Assembly: GCA_026392265.1 (NCBI GenBank)
Contig: JAPLCL010000074.1
Span: 1 to 44,535, forward strand
Direction: 5' to 3'
DNA from: Actinomycetota bacterium
Lineage (GTDB): Bacteria > Actinomycetota > Thermoleophilia > UBA2241
Length of the DNA: 44,535 nucleotides
The notes under the pieces were generated by a model. That model saw only the letters and a list, made by a program, of their open reading frames with translations, did not search any database and was not told the DNA's origin. Of this stretch, positions 8,913-18,337 are shown in pieces. The translations under genes and the position numbers were made by a program. Position 1 is the stretch's first letter. Each line of letters begins with the position of its first letter.

Positions 8913-9030
8913 CTCACTGCGGTCGGGCGCGGGTCCACTGCACCCCGCGCGGGGTAGTAGTATGGCACGACCGCGCCCTGTCGGGGCGCGGCTTCGGTTT
9001 CGGCGGCCTGCCGCGTTAAAGGGGGACGGG
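8913..9030. promoter_or_regulatory. divergent iadA/cphA control region with GC palindromes
   Basis: A perfect 12-bp palindrome CCCCGCGCGGGG lies at 8943-8954. An AT-richer TAGTAGTAT patch follows. The hairpin/palindrome CCGCGCCC-tgtcg-GGGCGCGG is at 8971-8991. The cphA RBS is AAAGGGGGA. Confidence 0.4.
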
Positions 9031-11751
9031 ATGGTCAAGCTCATCGATTGGCGCGCCCTGCGCGGCGCCAACTACTACAGTTACCGCCCGGTGATCGTCC
9101 TCCAGGTCGATCTTCAGGAGCACGACGAGGTCTTCACCAACCAGCTCGAAGGCTTCACCGATGCTCTGCTCGCGCTCGTCCCCAGCCTTGAGGAACATCG
9201 CTGCTCCGAAGACGAGCGCGGTGGGCTCATCCGCCGCATGCGCGAGGGCACCCTGCTAGGGCACGTCATCGAGCATCTCGCTCTGGAACTGCAGTTCATC
9301 GCCGGCATGGAGGTGGGCTACGGCAAGACCATCGACGCGGACGCCCCGGGCGTCTACCAGGTCATCTTCAGCTACTGGGTCGAGGAGGCCGGCGTCACTG
9401 CCGGCGAGCACGCCATCGAGATCGTGAACGCCATCCTGGAAGGCAAGCCCGAGAGCATCGACCTCGAGGGCATCATCATCGAGCTCGAGGACATCGGCGC
9501 CGATCACTTTCTCGGGCCGTCTACGGCGGCGATCGTGGAGGAGGCGGAGCACCGCGGCATCACTGTGCTCCGCCTGGACGACTACAACCTCGTGCAACTC
9601 GGCGAGGGCAAGTACCAGCGCCGCATCGAAGCCAGCATCACCTCGCTGACGAGCATGATCGGCGTCGAGACGGCCGGTAACAAGAGGCTCACCAAACACA
9701 TGCTCGGGGACGCCGGCATCCCGGTGCCCAAGGGCACGGTCGTGCGGCGCGTCGAGTCGGCCATCGAGGACGCCGAGTGGCTCGGCTACCCGGTCGTGGT
9801 GAAGCCCCACGACGGTCACCACGGCAAGGGTGTCACCACGGGCATCAACGACGAGGCCGACCTGCGCGAGGCCTTCGCGCGCGCGCAGGCTATCAGCGGC
9901 AAGGTCATCGTCGAGAAGTTCTACGCGGGCAACGACTACCGCATCCTCGTGGTGGACGGCCGCTTTGTGGCGGCCGCGATGCGCGAGCCGGCCGCCGTCA
10001 TCGGCGACGGCGAGCACACTATCCAGGAGCTCATCGACCTCGAGAACCGCAACCCGCGGCGGGGCTACGGCCACGAGAAGGTCATGACGCGGCTGTCCAC
10101 CTCGTCGGTCACCGAGTACCTGCTGGAGCGCGTTGGCTCCACCCTGGCGACGGTACTGCCGGCCGGCGAGGTCTTCCGCCTCGAGCTCACCGCCAACCTG
10201 TCGACCGGCGGCTCGGCGGTCGACGTCACCGACACGGTGCACAATGCCAACCGCTTCATGGCCGAGCGCATCGCCAGCATCATCGGGCTCGACATCGCCG
10301 GCATCGACGTGATCGCCGCCACCCTCGAGCAGCCCGTCAAGAGGATCGGCGGCGCCGTCATCGAGGTCAACGCCGCGCCGGGTCTGCGCATGCACCTCGA
10401 GCCGGCCGTCGGCACGCGACGCAACGTGGCGGCGCCCATCGTGGAGATGCTCTTTCCGCGCGGCGCCCCGCACGACATCGGCATCATCGCCGTCACCGGA
10501 ACCAACGGCAAGACGACGACCGTGCGGCTCACCGCGCACATCATGGAGCACGCCGGCTACAGCGTGGGGATGACGACCACCGACGGCATCCACGTGCGCG
10601 GCAACCTCATCGCCGAGGGCGACATGAGCGGTCCGTACTCGGCGCAGGTCGTGCTCCGCGACCCGCTCGTCGACTGTGCCGTGCTCGAGACGGCGCGCGG
10701 CGGCATCCTCAGGGCGGGCCTCGGCTACAAGACTGCGGACGTCGGCGTCGTGCTCAACGTGCAGCCCGACCACCTGGGCCTGCAGAACATCCGCGACGTC
10801 AGCGAGCTCGCCAAGGTCAAGGCAGTCGTCGCCGAGGCGGTCAGGGAGGGCGGCACCACGGTGCTCAACGCCGACGATCCCGCCTGCGTCGACATGCTGC
10901 AGTACTGCCGTGAGCGAGTCATCTTCTTCTCGCTGCGCTCGTCCAACCCGGTGGTGCTCGAACACGTCGACCGTGGTCACACCGCCGTGGTCTGCGAGCA
11001 GGACTACATCGCCATCCTCGAGAACGACCACTTCATACCGGTGGCCCGCGTCGACGACGTCCCGCTGACGCTCGGCGGTCGCGCCGTGTTCAACATCCAG
11101 AACGCCCTGGCGGCGACGGCCGCGGCCTACGCGCACGGCGTGAGCACCGGCGACATCCGTCGCGGTCTCACTTCCTTCCTGCCGTCGCCGCTGCAAACGC
11201 CGGGACGCCTCAACCTGAAGAGGATCGCCGGCGTCGACTATCTGCTCGACTACGGCCACAATCCCCACGCCTATCGGGCGTTGCTGTCGCTGGTCCAGCA
11301 GCTCGGCGAGCGCCGCCGCATCATCGTGTTCGATGTGGTCGGCGACCGCAGGGACGAGGACTACGAAGAGATCTGCGGCCTGATCGGCCCGCTGTTCGAC
11401 GCCGCCTTTCTGTACGAGGCCGACGACCTGCGCGGTCGCGCACCGGGCGAGCTCATGGACCTGCAGACACGCTTCCTCACGGCCGCCGGGCTCGACGCCG
11501 CCGCCATCGAGAGGTCGCCGGACGAGTCGGAGGCAATCCGGCGCGCCACCGCGAGCGCCCGGGCCGGCGATCTCGTCTGCTACATGACCGGTCGGGTACA
11601 GGGTGGTATCGAGTGGCTGCACGACTGCGAGGAGCGCGCCCGCGTCGCGGCCGAGGCGGTCGGGGCCGGGGCAGGCACGTCGAACGCCGCAGCGGACGCG
11701 ACGGCGGCCGAGGCAAGCCCGGCGAGCGCCTCTGACGAGGGCGGCGCGTGA
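9031..11751 (+). CDS. cphA: cyanophycin synthetase (N domain, ATP-grasp G domain and Mur-ligase-like M domain)
   Basis: ATG 9031. The N-terminus MVKLIDWRALRGANYYSYRPVIVLQVDL is characteristic. ATP-grasp region: GYPVVVKPHDGHHGKGV...GNDYRILVVDGRFVAA. M-domain P-loop: IIAVTGTNGKTTT. 906 aa. The ORF-track extension 8569..9030 is antisense to iadA. Confidence 0.9.
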   Translation: MVKLIDWRALRGANYYSYRPVIVLQVDLQEHDEVFTNQLEGFTDALLALVPSLEEHRCSEDERGGLIRRMREGTLLGHVIEHLALELQFIAGMEVGYGKTIDADAPGVYQVIFSYWVEEAGVTAGEHAIEIVNAILEGKPESIDLEGIIIELEDIGADHFLGPSTAAIVEEAEHRGITVLRLDDYNLVQLGEGKYQRRIEASITSLTSMIGVETAGNKRLTKHMLGDAGIPVPKGTVVRRVESAIEDAEWLGYPVVVKPHDGHHGKGVTTGINDEADLREAFARAQAISGKVIVEKFYAGNDYRILVVDGRFVAAAMREPAAVIGDGEHTIQELIDLENRNPRRGYGHEKVMTRLSTSSVTEYLLERVGSTLATVLPAGEVFRLELTANLSTGGSAVDVTDTVHNANRFMAERIASIIGLDIAGIDVIAATLEQPVKRIGGAVIEVNAAPGLRMHLEPAVGTRRNVAAPIVEMLFPRGAPHDIGIIAVTGTNGKTTTVRLTAHIMEHAGYSVGMTTTDGIHVRGNLIAEGDMSGPYSAQVVLRDPLVDCAVLETARGGILRAGLGYKTADVGVVLNVQPDHLGLQNIRDVSELAKVKAVVAEAVREGGTTVLNADDPACVDMLQYCRERVIFFSLRSSNPVVLEHVDRGHTAVVCEQDYIAILENDHFIPVARVDDVPLTLGGRAVFNIQNALAATAAAYAHGVSTGDIRRGLTSFLPSPLQTPGRLNLKRIAGVDYLLDYGHNPHAYRALLSLVQQLGERRRIIVFDVVGDRRDEDYEEICGLIGPLFDAAFLYEADDLRGRAPGELMDLQTRFLTAAGLDAAAIERSPDESEAIRRATASARAGDLVCYMTGRVQGGIEWLHDCEERARVAAEAVGAGAGTSNAAADATAAEASPASASDEGGA

Positions 11752-12599
11752 CGTCGCCGAGCTCGGGCTGGACGGTGCTGATGGGCGGTTCCGGCGCGGA
11801 GGGCATGGACCGCTCGATCATGCACCGCTTCGTGGAGCTGGCCGGCGGCGCTGTGGACGCGCGCGTGGCCATCGTGCCGACGGCCAGCGAGCAGCGCGCC
11901 GACACCATCGAGCGCTACGAGAACGCCTTCGAACTTGAGGACGTGCACCACATCGAGGTCCTCGACATCCGCACGCACCATCACGCCGACCAGCCGGAGA
12001 CGCTGCAGGCGCTCGAGGACGCGACGGCCATCATGTTCACCGGTGGCGACCAGCTGCGCCTGCTGTCGATCCTTGAGGGCACGCGTTTCGTCGACGAGCT
12101 GCGGCGCCGCAGCCGTGACGGCCTCGTGGTGGGCGGTTCGAGCGCCGGCGCCATGGCGCTCGGCGACCCCGTGATCGTGCGCGGCGAGCCCACGCTGTTC
12201 TACGAGCCCGGCGCCATCTCCCAGGTGCCCGGCCTCGCCATCGTCCCGGGCGTGACCGTCGACACGCATCTCGTGGCGCGCGGGCGACTCACCCGCCTGC
12301 TGCCCGTGGTGGCGGCTCGCCCTGATGCGCTTGGCGTGGGCATCGAAGAGGGCAGCGGCTTGACGATGTCCCCGGACGGCCTCGCGACCGTGTTCGGCCC
12401 CGGCGTGGTGTGCATCGTGGACGGCGCCGCCGCGGCGCCGGCCGGAGGGCCGCGCCCCGGCGGCGTGCGCCCCGGCGGCGGCGAGGAGCGCCGCAGTACC
12501 GACCACGGCCGCGCCCTGTCGCTCACCGGCCTGCAGCTCCACGTGCTTGCTGCCGGCGATAGGTTCGACCTGCGCGGGCGCCGCGTCGTGTACGGCTGA
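11748..12599 (+). CDS. cphB: cyanophycinase (peptidase S51), no signal peptide, so intracellular type
   Basis: The GTG start overlaps the cphA stop (GTGA). VAIVPTASEQ, FTGGDQLRL and the nucleophile motif GGSSAGAMALG are S51/cyanophycinase signatures. Confidence 0.85.
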   Translation: MTSPSSGWTVLMGGSGAEGMDRSIMHRFVELAGGAVDARVAIVPTASEQRADTIERYENAFELEDVHHIEVLDIRTHHHADQPETLQALEDATAIMFTGGDQLRLLSILEGTRFVDELRRRSRDGLVVGGSSAGAMALGDPVIVRGEPTLFYEPGAISQVPGLAIVPGVTVDTHLVARGRLTRLLPVVAARPDALGVGIEEGSGLTMSPDGLATVFGPGVVCIVDGAAAAPAGGPRPGGVRPGGGEERRSTDHGRALSLTGLQLHVLAAGDRFDLRGRRVVYG

Positions 12600-12658
12600 C
12601 CCCGCGCCGCAGCACCACCACCAGCACCATCGACCCCCAAGCACAGGAGCATGCCGCC

Positions 12659-14593
12659 TTGGACGCGACCACACACTTCGACCTCAGTCATCTCCGGGCG
12701 TACCCGGGCCCCAGCGTCTCGCTGGCCGTCGAGGCGGTGGCCTTCGAGCTCTCGTCCGGAGGCGGCCTGCCCGGAGGTGACCTGTGGGCCGCGGTCCTGG
12801 GCCGCTTGCCCGGCCTGACCGGCGAGGAGCCGCCGCGCACGTTCGCCGAGCTCTTCGCGCGCGCCGTGATCGAGGTGCAGCGGCTCGATATGGGGCTGTT
12901 CGCGACGCGTTGGTCGGTCACCGCCGCGGACGACGGCGTCGTCACCGTCGCCGTGCAGTACGTCGACCCGGACGTGTGCCGGCGCTGCGTCGAGCTCGTC
13001 GCCGACTGGCTGCGCGACGAGCTCGAGGGCCGCGCCTTCGACTTCGACGCGCGCTACGCCGCGGTGCTGCGCCGCTTTCTGCGCAGCCACTTCGGCGGCC
13101 CCACCATCTACTCGCTGCTCGAGGCCGGCTACCGCGCGGGCATCCCGGACTTCTACCTGGAGAGCGAGGACGTGGTCCAGTGGGGCTACGGGCGCAAGCA
13201 GCTGCGCGGGCGCTCAACGGTGCTGCACCGCGACAGCATCAAGGATACGGAGCTGACCACCTACAAGGACCGCGCCAAGGCCTTCCTCGACGACCTCGGG
13301 CTGCCGGTGCCGCGCGGCGAGATCGTCTTCGAGCTGGATGAGGCTCAGCACGCCGCCGCGCAGCTCGGCTTCCCGGTCGTCACCAAGCCCGTCGCCGGGC
13401 ACAAGGGCCAGGGCGTGACCACCGGCATCTCGTCGGAGCGCGACGTGAAGATGGGCTTCGAGCTCGCCGCGCAGGCTTCGGGGAGCGCCGACGACGGCGT
13501 CATCGTCGAGCAGCAGATGGCCGGCACCGATCACCGCCTGCTCACCGTCGGCGGGCGCTTCGTCGCGGCCCTGCAGCGAGTGCCGGCTTATGTGGTCGGC
13601 GACGGCGAGCACACCGTGCAGGAGCTGATCGCGCTCGAGAACGCGCGCCCCGAGCGCGCCGACACGCCGCGCTCGCCGATGGGCAAGATCGAGGTCGACG
13701 ACAACCTCATGCAGCTCCTCGGCGACCAGGGCCTCTCCCTGCGGGACGTGCCGGCCCTCGGCGAGGAGCTGGTCCTGCGGCGCGTGGCCAACCTCTCGCA
13801 GGGTGGCGTGTCGGTCAACGTGACCGACGTCATCCACCCCCTCAACGCGAAGCTGGCCGAGGACGTCGCTCGATTCCTCGATGTGCACGTCCTCGGCATC
13901 GACGTGCTCGCCGAAGACATCACGCGACCGTGGACCGAGAGCCCCTGCGCGATCATCGAGATCAACGCCGGCCCCGGCGTGTTCATGCACCTCGTGCCTG
14001 CCCAGGGCGAGTCGATCGACGTGCCCTCCATCGTGCTTCAGGGCCACTTCCCGACGCCGCAGGCGGCGCGCGTGCCCGTGCTGGTGTTCAACCGCCTGGA
14101 CGCCGCAACGGCGATGCGCCTCACGGAGCTGGGCCTGCGCTGCCCCGGCGTCGAAGAGGTCGGCGTGACGCGCCTGGACGGCCTCTACTTCAACAACGAG
14201 CTCTTCAGCCGGCGGCCCGAGCATCTCGCCGACGTCCGTAACATGATGCGTAGCCCGCGCCTGGACATGGCCCTCATCGAGTACGACGAGCGTCACCTCC
14301 TCGACGAGGGCCTGTACAACTGGGGCGCCGACGTCGTCGTGCTCGAGCGCGCGACGCGCATAGAGCGTGAGACGCTCACGCGCGACCTGCAGCCCGGCGG
14401 CTTGGTGATCGAGGTCGACGAGGCCGCCGGCCTGCTGCACCTGACGCCGCGCGAGGGTGAGCCGTCCACGCGGCCGCTGGGGGACTCGCTGGCGGACAGC
14501 CTCGCCGATGCGCTCGCTGCCGTGCTTGCCGGCATGGCGGACTTCTACAACGTGCAGAACGCCGTCGACGGCAACTACGCGCGGCCGCACTGA
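12659..14593 (+). CDS. cphA2: CphA2-like truncated cyanophycin synthetase paralogue (N and G domains intact, M domain vestigial)
   Basis: TTG 12659 lies 8 nt after AGGAG. The ATP-grasp block GFPVVTKPVAGHKGQGV...GTDHRLLTVGGRFVAA...IEINAGPG parallels cphA. At the position of the CphA P-loop (IIAVTGTNGKTTTVRL) it reads VPVLVFNRLDAATAMRL. It has 644 aa against 906 aa for cphA. Confidence 0.75.
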   Translation: MDATTHFDLSHLRAYPGPSVSLAVEAVAFELSSGGGLPGGDLWAAVLGRLPGLTGEEPPRTFAELFARAVIEVQRLDMGLFATRWSVTAADDGVVTVAVQYVDPDVCRRCVELVADWLRDELEGRAFDFDARYAAVLRRFLRSHFGGPTIYSLLEAGYRAGIPDFYLESEDVVQWGYGRKQLRGRSTVLHRDSIKDTELTTYKDRAKAFLDDLGLPVPRGEIVFELDEAQHAAAQLGFPVVTKPVAGHKGQGVTTGISSERDVKMGFELAAQASGSADDGVIVEQQMAGTDHRLLTVGGRFVAALQRVPAYVVGDGEHTVQELIALENARPERADTPRSPMGKIEVDDNLMQLLGDQGLSLRDVPALGEELVLRRVANLSQGGVSVNVTDVIHPLNAKLAEDVARFLDVHVLGIDVLAEDITRPWTESPCAIIEINAGPGVFMHLVPAQGESIDVPSIVLQGHFPTPQAARVPVLVFNRLDAATAMRLTELGLRCPGVEEVGVTRLDGLYFNNELFSRRPEHLADVRNMMRSPRLDMALIEYDERHLLDEGLYNWGADVVVLERATRIERETLTRDLQPGGLVIEVDEAAGLLHLTPREGEPSTRPLGDSLADSLADALAAVLAGMADFYNVQNAVDGNYARPH

Positions 14594-14761
14594 GAGATCC
14601 GGCTGGGCCGGACCGCCGGCGACGACGCTCCGCCGCCGGTCTGCGGCTTGCAGGGCTTGCCGGCGTGCCCACCGCCGCCGGCAGGCGGGAGCGGCCGGCA
14701 GGCGGTCTCAGGCGCGCGGAAGCTGCCGTTGAGCCGGTCCCCGGTTCGCGATCGCGACGCG

Positions 14762-15754
14762 CTACAGATCGGTCGTCGTCCCGCTGCCTTCGATGATGCT
14801 CACGTCGATGCGCCGCGGCACCTTGCTTCGCACCGCCTCCCTCAGGCCGTCGACGGACGGCGGGTCGCCGGGCCCGACGGCCGTGATGACGATGTCGCCG
14901 CCCTCCTGTTTCACGCTTTCGACGCGCCAGCCCGTGCCGCTCACCCACTGCTCGGAGGCGTCTGTGGTGGCGCCGATCCAGCGCTCATAGCGATAGGTCC
15001 GCAGCGACGCGGCGCCGAGAGGGACGAGCAGCACGATGACGAAGACGGCGATGAGTATCTTGGCGCGCCGTCGCGGGTGTTGGCCGCGCTCCGTCGCCAC
15101 GCGCTCGTAGCCCGCCGCCGTGAACACGACCACGCCGGCCACGATGATGGCGGCGGCGTTGGTGAGGAAGAGGACGAAGGCGCCCCACGCCAGGTCCAGG
15201 CGCCCCGACCCCAGAGTGATGCCGACCACAGCGAGTACCGGCACCAGGGAGATGGCGATGGCCACGCCGGCAAGGATGTTGCTGACGTCGCGACGGACGA
15301 GCGCGAACGAGCCGGCCACGCCGACGGTGACAGCGACTGCCAAGTCGAGGAGCGTCGGCGCCGTGCGGCCGATGATCTGCGGGTTGACGTCGAGGGGCAT
15401 GCGGCTGACGGTGATCACGCCGGCCAGGAAGCCGAGGAGGATGTTCACCGCGACGCCCTCGGCGAGCAGCAGCAGGGAGGCGCCCAGGTTGCGCCTCGAC
15501 CCGGTCACCGTCGCCAGCGCGACGCCGTAGATGGGCGTGGCCAGCGGCGCGACGATCATGGCGCCGATGACGGCCGGCGTGGAGTCTCCGAGCACGCCGC
15601 CGGCCGCGATGAGGCTCGCGAGCACTAGCAGCACCCAGAACTGCGACGTCTTGGCACGGCGCGCGCCTGTCGTCAGGAACAGATCGTCCTCGATGTCGTC
15701 CAGCGGGTTGCGGTAGTCCCCACCGGCGTCGATCGCTCTGGTCAGCCAGCCCAT
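14762..15754 (-). CDS. DUF389-family integral membrane protein
   Basis: ATG 15754 follows GAGGAGG. FWVLLVLASLIAAGGVLGDSTPAVIGAMIVAPLATPIYGVALA is the DUF389 core, and multiple TM helices are present. The ORF-track start at 15895 overlaps iorA and lacks an RBS. Confidence 0.7.
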   Translation of the reverse strand: MGWLTRAIDAGGDYRNPLDDIEDDLFLTTGARRAKTSQFWVLLVLASLIAAGGVLGDSTPAVIGAMIVAPLATPIYGVALATVTGSRRNLGASLLLLAEGVAVNILLGFLAGVITVSRMPLDVNPQIIGRTAPTLLDLAVAVTVGVAGSFALVRRDVSNILAGVAIAISLVPVLAVVGITLGSGRLDLAWGAFVLFLTNAAAIIVAGVVVFTAAGYERVATERGQHPRRRAKILIAVFVIVLLVPLGAASLRTYRYERWIGATTDASEQWVSGTGWRVESVKQEGGDIVITAVGPGDPPSVDGLREAVRSKVPRRIDVSIIEGSGTTTDL

Positions 15755-15893
15755 CGAGCCTCCTCTGCAGCCTGGAAGTGCGGACAGTCGAGGCCGCGAT
15801 TGTACCGCTGCCGGGACTTTCGGGGGCGCGCTTGCGGCGCTCTCCCTCCGTGCATATCGTGGACCGGCTACGCTGATCCGGCGAAGGAGCCGC

Positions 15894-17678
15894 ATGGAAA
15901 CGGTCTTGATGCTCGGTAACGAAGCGGTTGCGCGCGGAGCCTGGGAGGCCGGCGTGCAGGTCGCGGCTGCCTACCCGGGCACGCCCAGCACCGAGATCGT
16001 CACCAATCTGGCCAGGTACGACGGCGTGTACGCCGAGTGGTCCACCAATGAGAAGGTGGGCTACGAGGTCGCCCTCGGCGCCGCCATGGGCGGCGTGCGC
16101 GCCCTCACGGCAATGAAGAGCGCCGGCGCCAGCGTGGCCGCCGACCCGCTGATCAGCAGCGTCTACACCGGCATCTGTGGCGGCCTCGTCGTCATCGTCG
16201 CCGGCGACCCGGGCATGAGCAGCGGCATGACCGAGCAGGACGACCGCTACTTCGGCCGCATAAGCAGCATGCCGATGCTCGAGCCCGCCGACAGCCAGGA
16301 GTGCCACGATTTCACGCGGCTCGCCTTCGACCTCAGCGAGACCTACGACGTGCCGGTGATGGTGCGCCTCTCGATCCAGACGGCGCACCAGAAGTCCATC
16401 GTGCGCGTCGGCGAGCAGGTCGAGGTCGCGCGCAAGGACCCGGGCAGGCACACCGACAAGTACTGCCTGCTGCCGCGCTTCTCGCGCCCGCTGCACGCCG
16501 GACTGCTCGAGCGCGTCGCGCGCCTGCGCGAGTACGCGGAGGCCAGCCCGCTGACGCGCGTGGAGCCCGGTACGGGCGCCTTCGCGCGTATCGGCGTCAT
16601 CACCTCCGGCGCCGCCTACATCAGCGCCCGAGAGGCGCTGCCGGGCGCCACGTATCTCAAGCTCGGCATGGTGCATCCGCTGCCGCTCGAGGCCATCAGG
16701 CGCTTCGCGGCCACGGTGGAGCGCCTGTTCGTGGTGGAAGAGCTCGAGCCGTACCTGGAGGAGCAGATCCTCGCGGCAGGCGTGCCGGTCGAGGGCAAGC
16801 AGTGGTTCTCGCAGCTCGGCGAGCTCACGCCCGTGCGTGTCGGCCGGGGCTTCTTCGCCGCCGGCCTCGACCTGCCGCGCTGGGCGGAGCAGAAGGCCGC
16901 GGAGGACGACAGCGTCATCCCGCGGCCGCCCGTCCTGTGCACCGGCTGCCCGCACCGCGGCATGGCCACGGCCATGAGGAAGCTCGACCTCGACGTGCAC
17001 GGTGACATCGGCTGCTACGACCTCACCAGCCTGCCGCCTGTCAGCCACATGCACTCGGCCGTCGAGATGGGCGCCAGCATCCCCATGGAACAGGGGTTCA
17101 CGCGCGCCGGCGGCAGCAAGAAGGGCTCCCTCGCCGTCATCGGCGATTCGACCTTCTTGCACTCCGGCCTCACCGGGTTGCTCAACGCCGTGCACCAGCG
17201 CACCAGCGTCACCGTCCTCATCCAGGACAACAGCATCACCGCCATGACCGGTGGGCAGACCAACCCGGTCAACGAGAAGACGCTCGCGGGCGTGGCGACC
17301 AAGCCGGTCGACCTGGCCGCCATCTGCAAGGCGCTCGGGGTCGAGCACATCAAGATCGTCGACCCCTACGACTACGCAGCGTGTCTCGCGGCGCTGAAAG
17401 CCGGGCTCGCCTACGACGGCCCGGCCGTCATCATCACCAACCGGCCCTGCGTGCTCTTCCCCAGCAAGCTCGGCGCCGACGGCGTCTACGAGGTCGACGA
17501 GGCGCTGTGCAACGCCTGCCAGCAGTGCATGAAGCTCGGCTGCCCGTCGCTGCATCACACCGAGGCCGTGTTCAAGAAACGGCACAAGGTCGAGATCGAC
17601 GCGAGTACCTGCACAGGCTGCTCGCTCTGCGCCCAGCTCTGCAAACCAGGCGCCATCACGAAGGCAGGTGACGCATGA
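15894..17678 (+). CDS. iorA: indolepyruvate:ferredoxin oxidoreductase, alpha subunit
   Basis: The N-terminus LMLGNEAVARGAWEAGVQVAAAYPGTPSTEI, the TPP region, and the C-terminal ferredoxin-like clusters CNACQQCMKLGCP and CTGCSLCAQLCKPGAI support the call. RBS GAAGGAG. Confidence 0.85.
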   Translation: METVLMLGNEAVARGAWEAGVQVAAAYPGTPSTEIVTNLARYDGVYAEWSTNEKVGYEVALGAAMGGVRALTAMKSAGASVAADPLISSVYTGICGGLVVIVAGDPGMSSGMTEQDDRYFGRISSMPMLEPADSQECHDFTRLAFDLSETYDVPVMVRLSIQTAHQKSIVRVGEQVEVARKDPGRHTDKYCLLPRFSRPLHAGLLERVARLREYAEASPLTRVEPGTGAFARIGVITSGAAYISAREALPGATYLKLGMVHPLPLEAIRRFAATVERLFVVEELEPYLEEQILAAGVPVEGKQWFSQLGELTPVRVGRGFFAAGLDLPRWAEQKAAEDDSVIPRPPVLCTGCPHRGMATAMRKLDLDVHGDIGCYDLTSLPPVSHMHSAVEMGASIPMEQGFTRAGGSKKGSLAVIGDSTFLHSGLTGLLNAVHQRTSVTVLIQDNSITAMTGGQTNPVNEKTLAGVATKPVDLAAICKALGVEHIKIVDPYDYAACLAALKAGLAYDGPAVIITNRPCVLFPSKLGADGVYEVDEALCNACQQCMKLGCPSLHHTEAVFKKRHKVEIDASTCTGCSLCAQLCKPGAITKAGDA

Positions 17679-18337
17679 GTACGCCTGACGCGTGCGCCCT
17701 CCACTACGCGAACGGCGTCGTCGATGACATCATGGTCGTCGGCGTCGGCGGCCAGGGCGTGATCGTCGCGGCCGCCATCATCGCCGACACGGCCCTGCTG
17801 CACGGCGACCTCGAGGTCAAGCTCAGCGAGACCCGCGGCATGTCGCAGCGCGGCGGCAGCGTGAGCTCGCACATCCGCATCGGCAAATCCGTCGTGGCGC
17901 CGAGCATCAGCCCCGGCGAGGTGGACTACCTGCTCGCCTTCGAGAAGGCCGAGGGCTTGCGTCTGGCGCCCTCGGTCGTGCCCGGCGGCGTGGCCATCGT
18001 CAATACGCAGCAGATCGTGCCGCCGCTGGCCTCGTCGACCGAGTACGCGTACCCCTTCGACGCCATCGAGCGGATGAGAGGCGACAGCCACCCGGCGCGC
18101 ACCGACGGCCTCCGCCTCGCTGTGGTCGACGGCAATGCCATCGCCGCGCAGGCCGGCGACCTCAAGGTCGCCGGCGTCGTGCTGGTGGGCGCACTTTCCA
18201 CGTACCTGCCGTTCGCGGTGGAGACCTGGGAGCAGGCCATCGCCCGCAACGTGCCGGCGAGCTGGCTCAAGATGAATCTCGCCGCGTTCGCCGCCGGTCG
18301 GGGAGCGGGAGGTAGTGAAGGAAGCGAGCGGACATGA
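17675..18337 (+). CDS. iorB: indolepyruvate:ferredoxin oxidoreductase, beta subunit
   Basis: The ATGA overlap with iorA indicates translational coupling. IMVVGVGGQGVIVAAAIIADTALLHG...MSQRGGSVSSHIRIG is the pyruvate/ketoisovalerate oxidoreductase gamma-type domain. Confidence 0.8.
   Translation: MSTPDACALHYANGVVDDIMVVGVGGQGVIVAAAIIADTALLHGDLEVKLSETRGMSQRGGSVSSHIRIGKSVVAPSISPGEVDYLLAFEKAEGLRLAPSVVPGGVAIVNTQQIVPPLASSTEYAYPFDAIERMRGDSHPARTDGLRLAVVDGNAIAAQAGDLKVAGVVLVGALSTYLPFAVETWEQAIARNVPASWLKMNLAAFAAGRGAGGSEGSERT

Noticed and set aside
8569-9030. N-terminal extension of the cphA ORF (the track gives 1060 aa), and comparable extensions of ORFs starting at 21383, 23487, 24599, 29883, 31559, 35952 and 38999.
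   Set aside because: Each extension overlaps the preceding or opposite gene, lacks an RBS, and precedes an internal start that has a strong Shine-Dalgarno sequence and the family-typical N-terminus.
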